From IMG/VR virus record IMGVR_UViG_3300025679_000005: a stretch of DNA of 64,000 bases; one strand, 5' to 3'. The notes below the pieces were generated by a model. The model was not told where the DNA came from and made no database searches. It saw nothing but the letters and a program-made list of their open reading frames with translations. Below are positions 54,577 to 63,864 of this stretch, one piece after another; the first letter of the stretch is position 1, and the number at the start of each line of letters is the position of its first letter. Origin of the DNA: a virus. Its lineage: Duplodnaviria > Caudoviricetes. The position numbers were made by a program, and so were the translations under genes.

Positions 54577-56007
54577 CTAAGCCTGACCCATTGCTGGGTC
54601 TTCGGCGTTTAAGGCTGTGCCAGCATTCCCTGGGGAATTAACTCTGGTAGTAAGCCTACGGCTAGAAGCTGCTAGCACGGTAGCCGACCTTCCTGAGGAA
54701 CTGACCCCGGCCCGAAGGTCTAGGTATCGCTCTCTCAGGATGGTTTTCACTTCGGACGGGGAGTCATCGAGAAGAATGAGGTTGTCCTCAGAACGTCTGA
54801 GCAAATTCTTCCCTCCTACCACATCCGCATGAGAAATCTTACCGCATCCGCGGCATTTGAATTTAGTGCCTGATCGATTACCTCTGTGAACGTAACCACA
54901 AGAAGGACATTCTTGAGAAGAGTAGGCCGGGTTGACAACAATGATCGGTGCCTTGGTCTTCAAGGAGTTGTGAAGAGCCCTGTAAGCGAACCGCTTTTGT
55001 CCACGGCATCCACTGAGATCTAGGTCCTCAATGACGAATGCGTGCCCTGGGTAATCCCGGACAAGTGAGTTGGCAACGAATCCAGTACTGGATTTGATCA
55101 ATCCGCTGAGGCGCTCTTCCAACCGATCCAGACGAGGGGAGTTGAGGCGAAGTCCTTGGCGCTGCCTATTTCCTCGAAGGGTTTTGACCTTGGCATAAAG
55201 GGTATCGAACTTGGGCTTCAGATCAGCTCCGTAAAGCTTGCCGGTCGACGTGGCAGCTATCACGTTGAGACCCACATCCACACCTACCCTTGGGGATGTC
55301 AGGTCAAGCTTAGGGTCCTCGATCAGCTTCCGCTCAAGGACTTCGACACGCCATCGCCCACGTCGATCCTTCCGGATCATACATCCATTGACGATTTCGG
55401 ACGGATCCTTGATGTGAGGGTTGGCTACGATTGGAACCCATAGGCGATGACTCTTCCGTAGATGGGAGATGCCTAGCCACCAAGTAGTCAAGTCCACTTC
55501 AGGAACCACGCGGATGTCACTTGTGTGGATTGACATCCGCATCCCCACTCGATTGGAGATCGTTGGGGTCCTGCCCACTAGGCTCTCGTCAAGAAGGAAC
55601 GACCAGTACTGATCAATGGCTTCTTGGGGAATGGTTTCGCTTGGGCGGTCGACTCCGTACTTGCCGACGGTGAAGAGGGCGATCTGGGTAGCTTCAGTGA
55701 TCTCGCCTTCTTTAGCCAAGTTCTTGATGTGACGTTTGAGCTTCCTGGTGTAAAGGCTAGTAGTCCAACCTGAAACGATTTCAGCGGCGTGCTGCTGACA
55801 AGCCATTACAATGTTGGTGGAAAGTACCTTTTCCTTGGGGAAGAACCGGAGAAGTTCTTTCCTCGAAACGCTCATCCTCATGGATGAGATCATGACCTCG
55901 ACGCAGGCCTGTAGGTACCGAAGGTACTCTACATGAAGGGCTTCGAGAGCACGGATCTTCCCCTCATTGACTTTAGGGTGGAAGTAGAGGGCCCGTGAGC
56001 GTTTCAC
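54577..56007 (-). CDS. tnpB: TnpB-family RNA-guided endonuclease, divergent N-terminus (probable GTG start 56007, ~476 aa)
   Basis: RuvC-I VGVDVG, RuvC-II VIEDL, zinc finger CPSC...CRGC, RuvC-III HADVVG. Confidence 0.82.
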   Translation of the reverse strand: MKRSRALYFHPKVNEGKIRALEALHVEYLRYLQACVEVMISSMRMSVSRKELLRFFPKEKVLSTNIVMACQQHAAEIVSGWTTSLYTRKLKRHIKNLAKEGEITEATQIALFTVGKYGVDRPSETIPQEAIDQYWSFLLDESLVGRTPTISNRVGMRMSIHTSDIRVVPEVDLTTWWLGISHLRKSHRLWVPIVANPHIKDPSEIVNGCMIRKDRRGRWRVEVLERKLIEDPKLDLTSPRVGVDVGLNVIAATSTGKLYGADLKPKFDTLYAKVKTLRGNRQRQGLRLNSPRLDRLEERLSGLIKSSTGFVANSLVRDYPGHAFVIEDLDLSGCRGQKRFAYRALHNSLKTKAPIIVVNPAYSSQECPSCGYVHRGNRSGTKFKCRGCGKISHADVVGGKNLLRRSEDNLILLDDSPSEVKTILRERYLDLRAGVSSSGRSATVLAASSRRLTTRVNSPGNAGTALNAEDPAMGQA

Positions 56008-56091
56008 ACTTAGTGTGGTCGATAAAGGGATTATCGGTGTATAAGCCCACCATGACAGCGCTGCCTTCTTTTTCGGCAGCAAAAGGAACCA

Positions 56092-56817
56092 ATGTTCGAT
56101 AATCTCAAAGAGACTTTGGGACGGGCTGCAACCAAGATCGGTCTAGCAGACGAAGTCCCGTCCGACAATACAACCAAATCCGCAGCGACTCCGCAATATG
56201 CGAGCCCTGCTCCTGTCCCACAATCCTCGTTGCCTGCCCCATACGGCGGAGCAAATTTCCCCTCGGCCCCGGCTCCTTCGGCGGATGCTGAACGGGTCGC
56301 CAAGTATGACGCCTCTGTGAAGACCACTCTCTTGGAGGCTGTTCAGAAGGTCGATGTGAGACTGATCCCTGAGTTGCAGACGCTTCTGTCAACGCTGGAA
56401 TCAGCTATCCCCGTAGAGCCGCTACGTTTCCAAACTGCCTTGAAGATCTTCACGGCAAAAGGTACGCCGATTTCGGCAATCGTCAGCGAGTACGACCTGT
56501 ACGAGGGCGCCTTGCAGGAGAAGAGCCAGGTCTTTGGCAAGGAAGCCAGGGATCAGTACGATGCTCGTGTTGGGACCAAGATCAAGGCAGTCGCTGATTA
56601 CGACTCCCTGATCGCGGCCAAGCAAGCACAGATCGCAGCTCTTCAACAAGAGCTGGTGGACTTAGCCACCAAACGGGCCGCAGAGCAAGGCGGCATCTCC
56701 GAGGCCGACAGCAAGCTCAAGCTTCTCCAGGCACGGTTCACTCTCGCCTACAACGATACGCTAGCTAGCGTTCAAGCACAAAAAACCAAAGTCGTCGAAT
56801 ACGGAAAAGGACTCTGA
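56092..56817 (+). CDS. Coiled-coil hypothetical protein, first gene of the ABC/OmpA operon
   Basis: AAAGGA RBS; C-terminal heptad repeats. Confidence 0.65.
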   Translation: MFDNLKETLGRAATKIGLADEVPSDNTTKSAATPQYASPAPVPQSSLPAPYGGANFPSAPAPSADAERVAKYDASVKTTLLEAVQKVDVRLIPELQTLLSTLESAIPVEPLRFQTALKIFTAKGTPISAIVSEYDLYEGALQEKSQVFGKEARDQYDARVGTKIKAVADYDSLIAAKQAQIAALQQELVDLATKRAAEQGGISEADSKLKLLQARFTLAYNDTLASVQAQKTKVVEYGKGL

Positions 56818-56820
56818 GTC

Positions 56821-57849
56821 ATGGAAGAATCTCAAAAGAAAGCTTGGCAGCGTCCGGAGAACCTGGTCGCTTGGGGTGGACTCGCCGTCATTGGTTACAT
56901 CATCTTCAGGAGCCTGGATGTCATTCTTCCGTTGATCGAACGGGTCCTGGAGAACATGATCTACACGGCAGCTCTTGCCGGGGTGGTCGCAGTCCTCGGC
57001 TGGTTCATTGTCAGCAAGGACTTCCACCGCCTCGCCTGGTACGGCTACAAGACGGTCATGCGGTACATCACTCAGATGGTCATCGACATCGATCCCATTT
57101 CGATTCTCCAAAGCTACGTCACCAAGCTCCACCAGAAGTACGACGAAATCACCAAAGCCCTGTCGACTTTGCGGGCACAGTCTCGTGAGCTGACTCAGCT
57201 CATTCAGACGAAGGGAGCTGCCTACGATCAAAGTATGAAGATGGCGGCTCAGGCTCGTTCGAAGAGCGGGCAACAAGGCATGAAGACCGAAGTCTTGATT
57301 CAAACTCGGAAGGCGGGTCGTCTCGAAAAGACTGCTCTGACCTATCAGGGTCTACTCAACAAGATCAAGGCTCACATTGCGCTGATGGAGAAAATCCAAG
57401 AGGCCAGCAAGTACATGATCGCGGACATCGAGGACACCGTCGAGGAAGAGACTCAGAAGCGGAAGACCATCCGTGCCAGCTACAGGGCCATGGCTGCTTC
57501 CAAGGCCATCCTCCAGGCGGACAAGGATCGCGAGATGTACGACCAGGCACTGGGCAGTGTCCAGGCGGACTACTTCGCCAAACTCGGTGAGATCGACCAG
57601 TTCATGGAAGACAGCAAGGACTTCGTCAATTCGATGGATCTTGCGAACGGCGTGGCCGATGTCGATGCCATGGCCAAGCTGGACGAATGGGACAAGCGTG
57701 CCGATGGTCTCCTCGAAGGCGGCAGCGGCAAGACTAAATTCCGCATCGGGGGCGATTCCGCCCTTAACCAGGATGAGGACGCGGCCGTAGAAGAGCCAGG
57801 CGAGAAGAAACAGCAGTCCTTTGCGGATGTATTCTCCAAGCTCGATTGA
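56821..57849 (+). CDS. Membrane-anchored coiled-coil protein, PspA-like
   Basis: Two N-terminal transmembrane segments followed by a long coiled coil. Confidence 0.6.
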   Translation: MEESQKKAWQRPENLVAWGGLAVIGYIIFRSLDVILPLIERVLENMIYTAALAGVVAVLGWFIVSKDFHRLAWYGYKTVMRYITQMVIDIDPISILQSYVTKLHQKYDEITKALSTLRAQSRELTQLIQTKGAAYDQSMKMAAQARSKSGQQGMKTEVLIQTRKAGRLEKTALTYQGLLNKIKAHIALMEKIQEASKYMIADIEDTVEEETQKRKTIRASYRAMAASKAILQADKDREMYDQALGSVQADYFAKLGEIDQFMEDSKDFVNSMDLANGVADVDAMAKLDEWDKRADGLLEGGSGKTKFRIGGDSALNQDEDAAVEEPGEKKQQSFADVFSKLD

Positions 57850-57888
57850 AAAAGACAGAACCCCTACCTTTACCAAAAAAAGAGAAAA

Positions 57889-59736
57889 ATGGCTGAATTC
57901 AAAGTGAAAAAGGGAGCACTCTCCGTAGTGCTTCTCGCCGTCGTCGGAATCTTCGGCGGTCGTTACGCATACACACATGGCTACTTGGGCCCAGCTACGG
58001 CGGCATCGGCCTCCATCCCCCAGGTGGCAACACTCCCGGAACTGCCCACAGCGCCGGAAACCGTCAACACCGCAGCCCTGAACGTGGCGCCTCTCCCGCA
58101 ACCCGGCGAGGCCATCGCGGTCGTCAATGCTCCGCTGCTTCGGGTGGCTTTCATGGCCTGGAACGCCCAGTTCGCCGGCCCCTACGCCAATGGTGGCCCC
58201 CTCACCACTCAGGGGAGCCTCATGGAGAAGCACGGGGTCAACCTGAAGCTCTTCCGTGAAGACGATGACGGGAAGATGCAGACGGCCCTGGTGGACTTTG
58301 CTGCTGCTCTCGCAAAGGGAGATCCACAGCCGACTGCCGGCTACCCGTTCATGTCCGACATGGGCGATGGCGGGGCAGTGATCGTGGCCAACATCAACAG
58401 CTTGGTCGACAAGCTGGGCCTAGGTCCACAATATCACGCGGAAATCATCGACGCACTTGGTTTCTCCCGTGGTGAGGACAAGCTCATGGGGCCGGCTGAG
58501 TGGTTGACGAATCCGAAAGCAGCTCGTGGCTCGCTCATCTCGGTAGCGCTTCGTAGCGGCGACTGGAACATTGTCATGAAGTGGGCCAGCGACAACCAGA
58601 TCAAGGTCAATCCGAACGAGAAGGTGTACGATCCGTCGGCCATCAACTTCTTCGCGGCTGACGACTTCATAAAGGCTGGCGAAGCCTGGATCAATGGCGG
58701 CGCGTTTCCACTACCAGGCGTCTGCGTAGATCTCCCAGTGGTTATCGACGGGAAACGAAACGGCGAGACCAAGCATGCTTGCGTGAACGCCGTATCGTCT
58801 TGGACCCCGGTCGATGTGAACGTGGCCAAGCAGAAGGGTGGTCTAGTCAAGATCGTCTCGACCAAGGAGTACCGCAGTCAAATGCCGGCCGTAATCATCG
58901 GCATCAAGAAGTACGACTTGGACAATCGCAAAGAGATCGACGGATTCGTAGCGGCCTGCTTCGAGGGGGCCGACCAGATCAAGGCATTCCCCGAGGCTCA
59001 GCAACGTGCTGCCATTGCTTCCTGGGAGGTCTACAACAAGGAAGAAAGCCCGGCATACTGGCTGAAGTACTACAAGGGTGCGACTGAGCCGGACAAGACT
59101 GGTGTCATGGTGGAATTGGGTGGTTCAGCCATCAACAACCTCCAGGATACAATGCAGCTCTTCGGCATGGTCCCTGGGTCGGCCAACGTGATGGCGGCAG
59201 TGTACACGACTTTCGGCGACATCGTGCACATCCAGTATCCGAAGCTCGTTCCTAGCTACCCCCCAATCAGCGATGTCCTCAATACGTCCTTCATTCAAGA
59301 TGTGGCGAAGACTTCGGAGTCGAAGACGGTTGCTGACCTGCCGGTATACCAAGCAACGGCAACAACCGGTATCAAGAACGTGGTTTCGGCCCGCTCTTGG
59401 CACATCAACTTCGCCACGGGCAAAGCGGACTTCTCACCCGATTCGATGAAGCAGCTTCGCGAGTTGCGTGACGGCCTCCTCATCGCTGATGAGTTGTCCA
59501 TCAATATCGGCGGACACACCGACAATACTGGGGATCCCGCGAACAATCTCGTGCTGTCCAAGGCCCGCGCTGAAGCCGTCAAGGCCTGGCTCATGGGGCA
59601 ATCGACGGCACACTTCCCAGCCCGCCGCTTCGTCAACATCGACGGATTCGGCGACACCAAGCCCCTGCCCGGTTCCGACAACGACGAGGCGAGCCGTGCG
59701 CTCAACCGTCGTGTCGAGATCACGCTGGGTACCTGA
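57889..59736 (+). CDS. ABC-type substrate-binding protein fused to a C-terminal OmpA-like peptidoglycan-binding domain
   Basis: N-terminal membrane anchor; C-terminal IGGHTDNTG...NLVLSKARAEAVK...GFGDTKP...NRRVEI. Confidence 0.8.
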   Translation: MAEFKVKKGALSVVLLAVVGIFGGRYAYTHGYLGPATAASASIPQVATLPELPTAPETVNTAALNVAPLPQPGEAIAVVNAPLLRVAFMAWNAQFAGPYANGGPLTTQGSLMEKHGVNLKLFREDDDGKMQTALVDFAAALAKGDPQPTAGYPFMSDMGDGGAVIVANINSLVDKLGLGPQYHAEIIDALGFSRGEDKLMGPAEWLTNPKAARGSLISVALRSGDWNIVMKWASDNQIKVNPNEKVYDPSAINFFAADDFIKAGEAWINGGAFPLPGVCVDLPVVIDGKRNGETKHACVNAVSSWTPVDVNVAKQKGGLVKIVSTKEYRSQMPAVIIGIKKYDLDNRKEIDGFVAACFEGADQIKAFPEAQQRAAIASWEVYNKEESPAYWLKYYKGATEPDKTGVMVELGGSAINNLQDTMQLFGMVPGSANVMAAVYTTFGDIVHIQYPKLVPSYPPISDVLNTSFIQDVAKTSESKTVADLPVYQATATTGIKNVVSARSWHINFATGKADFSPDSMKQLRELRDGLLIADELSINIGGHTDNTGDPANNLVLSKARAEAVKAWLMGQSTAHFPARRFVNIDGFGDTKPLPGSDNDEASRALNRRVEITLGT

Positions 59737-59742
59737 GGACCT

Positions 59743-59780
59743 AGCCCGGAGTTGGACAGCCGACTCCGGGCTCCTCTTTT
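59743..59780 (+). terminator. Stem-loop after the binding-protein gene (terminator or mRNA stabiliser)
   Basis: AGCCCGGAGTTGG-ACAG-CCGACTCCGGGCT (13 bp with one G-U) followed by CCTCTTTT. Confidence 0.7.
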
Positions 59781-59865
59781 CCGTGGGGATCATTTGGCGT
59801 CCCCTCGACTACACGCCAACAACACCCGCTCAGGGGTTCCAATACTGTGACCTCCTAGGGACTAA

Positions 59866-60645
59866 ATGATTGACGCCTTACGACCCAACCGCTCGATAAC
59901 CGGGAAAGCCTGGCTGATCGTGGCTTTGACCTGGACTGCTTTGCTGCTGATTGCCTGGTCTCTAGGCGCCGCTTATCTTATCCCATCCCCGCTACAGATT
60001 CTGTACGCTTTGGGGCGTCTCATCCAAGAGGACGGGCTGCTCTTTGAGCTGTGGGCCAGCTTCAAGGTGAATGCTGCTGCCCTCTGTATAGCGACAGCTA
60101 TTTCCTTCTCTCTTTCGTACTTGATGGTCGTTCCAGCTTTACGACCCGCCGCCCTTATCTTGGGAAAGGCACGGTTCTTCGGGTTGGCCGGCTTCGTCGT
60201 AGTCTTTACCCTCGCATTCGGCGAAGGCACGGGCTTGAAGATCGCCCTGCTCACCTTCGGAAGCGCCGTTTTCCAGGTAACATCAATGTGCGCAGTCGTT
60301 GCTTCGATCCCTGGCTCGGAGTTCGATCACGCCCGGTCTCTCCGCATGGGCGAATGGCGTATTGTCTGGGAGATTGACATCTTGAGTAGAGCCCATGAGG
60401 GTTTCGAGGTGATCCGTCAGAATGCCGCCATGGGATGGGTCATGTTGACGGTCGTCGAGGGACTAGTCCGCTCTGGAGGTGGGGCCGGCGTCTTGATGAT
60501 CGACTACGGCAAGCATTTCATGCTGGACAAGGTCTTCGCCATCCAGCTCTCTATCTTTGCCATTGGCACAGCCCAGGACGCATTCATCTCCTGGCTAAAG
60601 AACGTCTTCTGCCCCTACTCTCTTCTGACCACGGAGCGTCGGTGA
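59866..60645 (+). CDS. ABC transporter permease (NitT/TauT/SsuC type)
   Basis: Multiple transmembrane segments; IPSP; EAA-like loop DHARSLRMGEW. Confidence 0.85.
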   Translation: MIDALRPNRSITGKAWLIVALTWTALLLIAWSLGAAYLIPSPLQILYALGRLIQEDGLLFELWASFKVNAAALCIATAISFSLSYLMVVPALRPAALILGKARFFGLAGFVVVFTLAFGEGTGLKIALLTFGSAVFQVTSMCAVVASIPGSEFDHARSLRMGEWRIVWEIDILSRAHEGFEVIRQNAAMGWVMLTVVEGLVRSGGGAGVLMIDYGKHFMLDKVFAIQLSIFAIGTAQDAFISWLKNVFCPYSLLTTERR

Positions 60646-60950
60646 TGAACCCTTACATGGCAATTGCTCTATTGATCTTCGTTGTGTTGGTAGCCTGGCC
60701 GACCAACATGACTCGAGGCGACTCGGTGGTTGGCTCCCTCTTTCTGGCCGTAATCTGGCCCACCCTCTTGATCGTATCAGGCTACCTTTTCATCAAGAAG
60801 TACGTGTTCAAGCGATCCGGACTCAGCGGATCTGAAGTCGGCTCTGAGCTTGAGATTCTAGGGGCTCTGGTAATGACCGGCGGATTACTGTCTCTGAGCT
60901 TAGTCTACCCGCACAACCCCGTCGTAGCTTTCCTAACGAGGCCCTTCTGA
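60645..60950 (+). CDS. Small membrane protein
   Basis: TGATG overlaps on both sides; three hydrophobic segments. Confidence 0.55.
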   Translation: MNPYMAIALLIFVVLVAWPTNMTRGDSVVGSLFLAVIWPTLLIVSGYLFIKKYVFKRSGLSGSEVGSELEILGALVMTGGLLSLSLVYPHNPVVAFLTRPF

Positions 60951-62806
60951 TGGCCCCTTTTGCTTACGATCTCAAGAACGTCCTAGTCTCGATCGACAAC
61001 ATCTCGCTCAAATTCGACGACAAGGTCATCCTCAAGCCGATCACGATGCAGGTCAGGGACATCGTCAGAACAGGGGTCTGCCAGGGACAGGTCATCGGAA
61101 TCCTGGGCCCAAGCGGGATTGGCAAGTGCTTAGCCAAGGGCACCTCGGTACTCATGTTCGACGGCACTCTAAAAAAAGTCGAAGATGTTCGCATTGGGGA
61201 CGCTCTAATGGGACCTGACTCAAAGCCTAGGAACGTGCTAGACTTAGGCCATGGTTACGACCACAACATGTATAGGATTCAACCCACAAAGGGGGAATCC
61301 TTCACTGTCAACTCTCCACACATTCTCGCGCTACACTTGGGTAAAAGCAAGAGAAGCAAAGCCAAGTATGTAGAAGTGTCGGTGGCCGACTACCTGGGAA
61401 AGAGCCGTACCTTCAAGGCCAGGACCCGCCTGTATCGCGTGGGTATAGACTTCCCAGAACAAGAAGTCCCTGTTGATCCTTATTTTTTTGGCCTGTGGCT
61501 AGGAGATGGAAGTTCTGACAGCACTGCCATTACTAATCAGGACCCAGAAGTCTTTGAAGCCGTTGAAGCGTTCGCGCTAGCCGTAGGGGCTGAGTCTCAC
61601 AGGGTTGACCCGAAAAACAGGTGCTCACGGATCTCGGTTCACAACAATTACAGTAAGAAGCCTGGGACTGTACTCAAAGCATTAAGACTGACAGGTGCCT
61701 TGAACAACAAGCATGTCCCTTTGAAGTACAAGGCTAACAGTCGTGATGTGCGCCTTCAACTGTTAGCTGGAATCATCGATAGCGATGGGGGTATCGCTGG
61801 TGCCAATTGTTACGAGGTGTCTTCCAAGCACAAGCATCTGGCAGACGACTACTGCTATATAGCTAGGTCCTTAGGCCTTGCCGCTTACTGCAAGTCAGCC
61901 TTCAAGAAATGCCAAACTGGCAAGGGTGGTATCTACCATCGCGTTACTATTTCCGGACATGTGGACGAGATCCCTGTAAGGATTGCCCGTAAAATCGCGA
62001 AGCCTCGTAAGCAGATCAAGGATGTATTGCGAACAGGCTTTACTGTCCACAACGAGTGGTATGGGGAGTATTTTGGATTTGAACTGGACGGTGATGGATT
62101 GTTTCTATTGAGCGACTTCACTGTAACTCACAATACACAATTCAGCAGGATCCTCGCAGGTCTTCAAAAACCGACCACAGGCGCGGTCACTGTCGAAGTG
62201 GACCTTCCAGGTGGCGGGGTCGCCCAAAAGACCGTAGGAGCCGGCCTCGTGGGCATGGTGGCCCAAGACTACCCTCTGTTCAAACACAGGACAATCGAGG
62301 GCAACCTCCTAGTAGCCCTCGAGCATACCAAAGCCTCGAAGAAGGACCGCCTGCTCAAAGTCTACGAGTACCTGAACAGGTTTGGCCTAGCCGACAAGGC
62401 TCGTCTCTACCCTGCTCAGCTCTCAGGTGGCCAAAAGCAGCGGGTGAGCATCATCCAAGAGCTTCTTTCCTCCGAGCACTTCCTGATCATGGACGAGCCT
62501 TTCACTGGGCTTGACCCGATCAACAAGGACTTGGCTTGTGAACTCATCCTTCAGGTCTCGCACCTGGACGAAAAGAACACCCTGTTCATCGTCGCCCACG
62601 ACATTGCATCCCTCGTGACCGTATCCGACCAGCTCTGGCTCTTTGGCCGAGACAGGGACGCAGCGGGTAACCCCGTCCCAGGCGCTTACATCAAAAAGCA
62701 GTACAACCTGGTGGACCTGGGGTTTGCCTGGCATGAGGGGATCAGCGCTACCCGCGAGTTCTCCGAGTTCTGCAACGCCGTCAAAGAAGAATTCCGATTC
62801 CTGTGA
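60950..62806 (+). CDS. ABC transporter ATP-binding protein interrupted by an intein
   Basis: Walker A GPSGIGK|T split by the intein; signature LSGGQKQR; Walker B IMDEPF; switch VAHD. Confidence 0.9.
   Translation: MAPFAYDLKNVLVSIDNISLKFDDKVILKPITMQVRDIVRTGVCQGQVIGILGPSGIGKCLAKGTSVLMFDGTLKKVEDVRIGDALMGPDSKPRNVLDLGHGYDHNMYRIQPTKGESFTVNSPHILALHLGKSKRSKAKYVEVSVADYLGKSRTFKARTRLYRVGIDFPEQEVPVDPYFFGLWLGDGSSDSTAITNQDPEVFEAVEAFALAVGAESHRVDPKNRCSRISVHNNYSKKPGTVLKALRLTGALNNKHVPLKYKANSRDVRLQLLAGIIDSDGGIAGANCYEVSSKHKHLADDYCYIARSLGLAAYCKSAFKKCQTGKGGIYHRVTISGHVDEIPVRIARKIAKPRKQIKDVLRTGFTVHNEWYGEYFGFELDGDGLFLLSDFTVTHNTQFSRILAGLQKPTTGAVTVEVDLPGGGVAQKTVGAGLVGMVAQDYPLFKHRTIEGNLLVALEHTKASKKDRLLKVYEYLNRFGLADKARLYPAQLSGGQKQRVSIIQELLSSEHFLIMDEPFTGLDPINKDLACELILQVSHLDEKNTLFIVAHDIASLVTVSDQLWLFGRDRDAAGNPVPGAYIKKQYNLVDLGFAWHEGISATREFSEFCNAVKEEFRFL
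61127..62134 (+). mobile_element. Intein with LAGLIDADG homing endonuclease (336 aa)
   Basis: Begins CLAKGT and ends VTHN followed by Thr; internal GLWLGDG and LAGIIDSDG. Confidence 0.92.
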
Positions 62807-62816
62807 AAGTACGACC

Positions 62817-63047
62817 ATGACTCAATTCAAAATCCCACTGAGCCCCGAAGCCTGGTGTATGTGCTGTAGTGGCACAGGTGAACTCGAAGAGGTCCAGTAT
62901 GTCGGGTACTTTACCCTACCGCATCTGACCACCGTCAAAACAGGAGCGGTGAGGCCCTGTGGTGGCTGCAACGGAACCAAAGTCAGTGTCCGAGCCCAGA
63001 AGTGGCGTGTCGAAAGCAATTACGATGCACAACAACCCAACACCTGA
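62817..63047 (+). CDS. Small zinc-finger-like protein
   Basis: CMCCSGTG...CGGCNGT. Confidence 0.45.
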   Translation: MTQFKIPLSPEAWCMCCSGTGELEEVQYVGYFTLPHLTTVKTGAVRPCGGCNGTKVSVRAQKWRVESNYDAQQPNT

Positions 63048-63408
63048 GCTTGACTACTCTGTAGAAGAGCGGGCGGAGATGATCACGCGGATGAAGCTCG
63101 CGTCCAACATCTTCTATTCGAACGCCGTCAAGATCGGGAATCATCCATGGATCGAGTTCACCGGCCTTCTAAACGAGTACATCAAGATGTGCGAGCAGGC
63201 TCAGGCCCAAGGCATCGACTTCCCGAACGCCAACGCCCACAGCGGCATTGCCCTTCCCATGCGCACCTTCGAAGCCGCTTACATCGGTGAGAAGCTAGGC
63301 TGCATCTTCGGCCCGTCTCTCCAGAAGCCGGAGAATGGACGAGCCTTCCTCGAAAAGGTCGGACTGCCGATCCCAGAACTTTTCCGTATACCCTCTCCTG
63401 AAAGATGA
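63025..63408 (+). CDS. Hypothetical protein
   Basis: 127-aa ORF. Confidence 0.55.
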   Translation: MHNNPTPELDYSVEERAEMITRMKLASNIFYSNAVKIGNHPWIEFTGLLNEYIKMCEQAQAQGIDFPNANAHSGIALPMRTFEAAYIGEKLGCIFGPSLQKPENGRAFLEKVGLPIPELFRIPSPER

Positions 63409-63441
63409 GGGTAATCCAAAAGGAAAGGGACCCCGTCCTCA

Positions 63442-63864
63442 TTGGGGCAGTTCAAAATGAGGCGCCAACTACCCTTGGTGGTCATTGCAAGCGGTACCTT
63501 GGCACGTGAGAGACCGATGAAGCAACTCCCCCTTCCTGGTGTAAACCTTGGTCCAAAGGTCGTGCGTTTACCCGCTGAGATATATTGGGGTGGGCTATCC
63601 CCGGGTGATTGGAGCCTAAATAATGGCAAGGGCTCCACTTTCTGCACTAACCACCCTGAGACCTCCGAGCAGCTCCTTCAGCGTAGCCCCTACCAGGTAT
63701 GGGACTTCTACGGGAGGGACATCATCGCCAAAGTTCAAGTGGTATACACCCCAGAGGGGCACGTCTGGCAGCTGACTCTACGAGAGCCACACAATGACGA
63801 CATCTACGATTACTGGCGCTTTATACGATCCCCCTCCCATCCCGACCAAGTGCGAGCGCTGTGA
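63442..63864 (+). CDS. Hypothetical protein; start uncertain
   Basis: Open frame near the end of the window. Confidence 0.45.
   Translation: MGQFKMRRQLPLVVIASGTLARERPMKQLPLPGVNLGPKVVRLPAEIYWGGLSPGDWSLNNGKGSTFCTNHPETSEQLLQRSPYQVWDFYGRDIIAKVQVVYTPEGHVWQLTLREPHNDDIYDYWRFIRSPSHPDQVRAL

Noticed and set aside
57352-58233. 293-aa minus-strand ORF and many similar antisense ORFs over ClpX, Ku, the nicotinamidase and the AAA+ gene
   Set aside because: They lie opposite well-supported genes; long antisense frames are common at this GC content and codon bias
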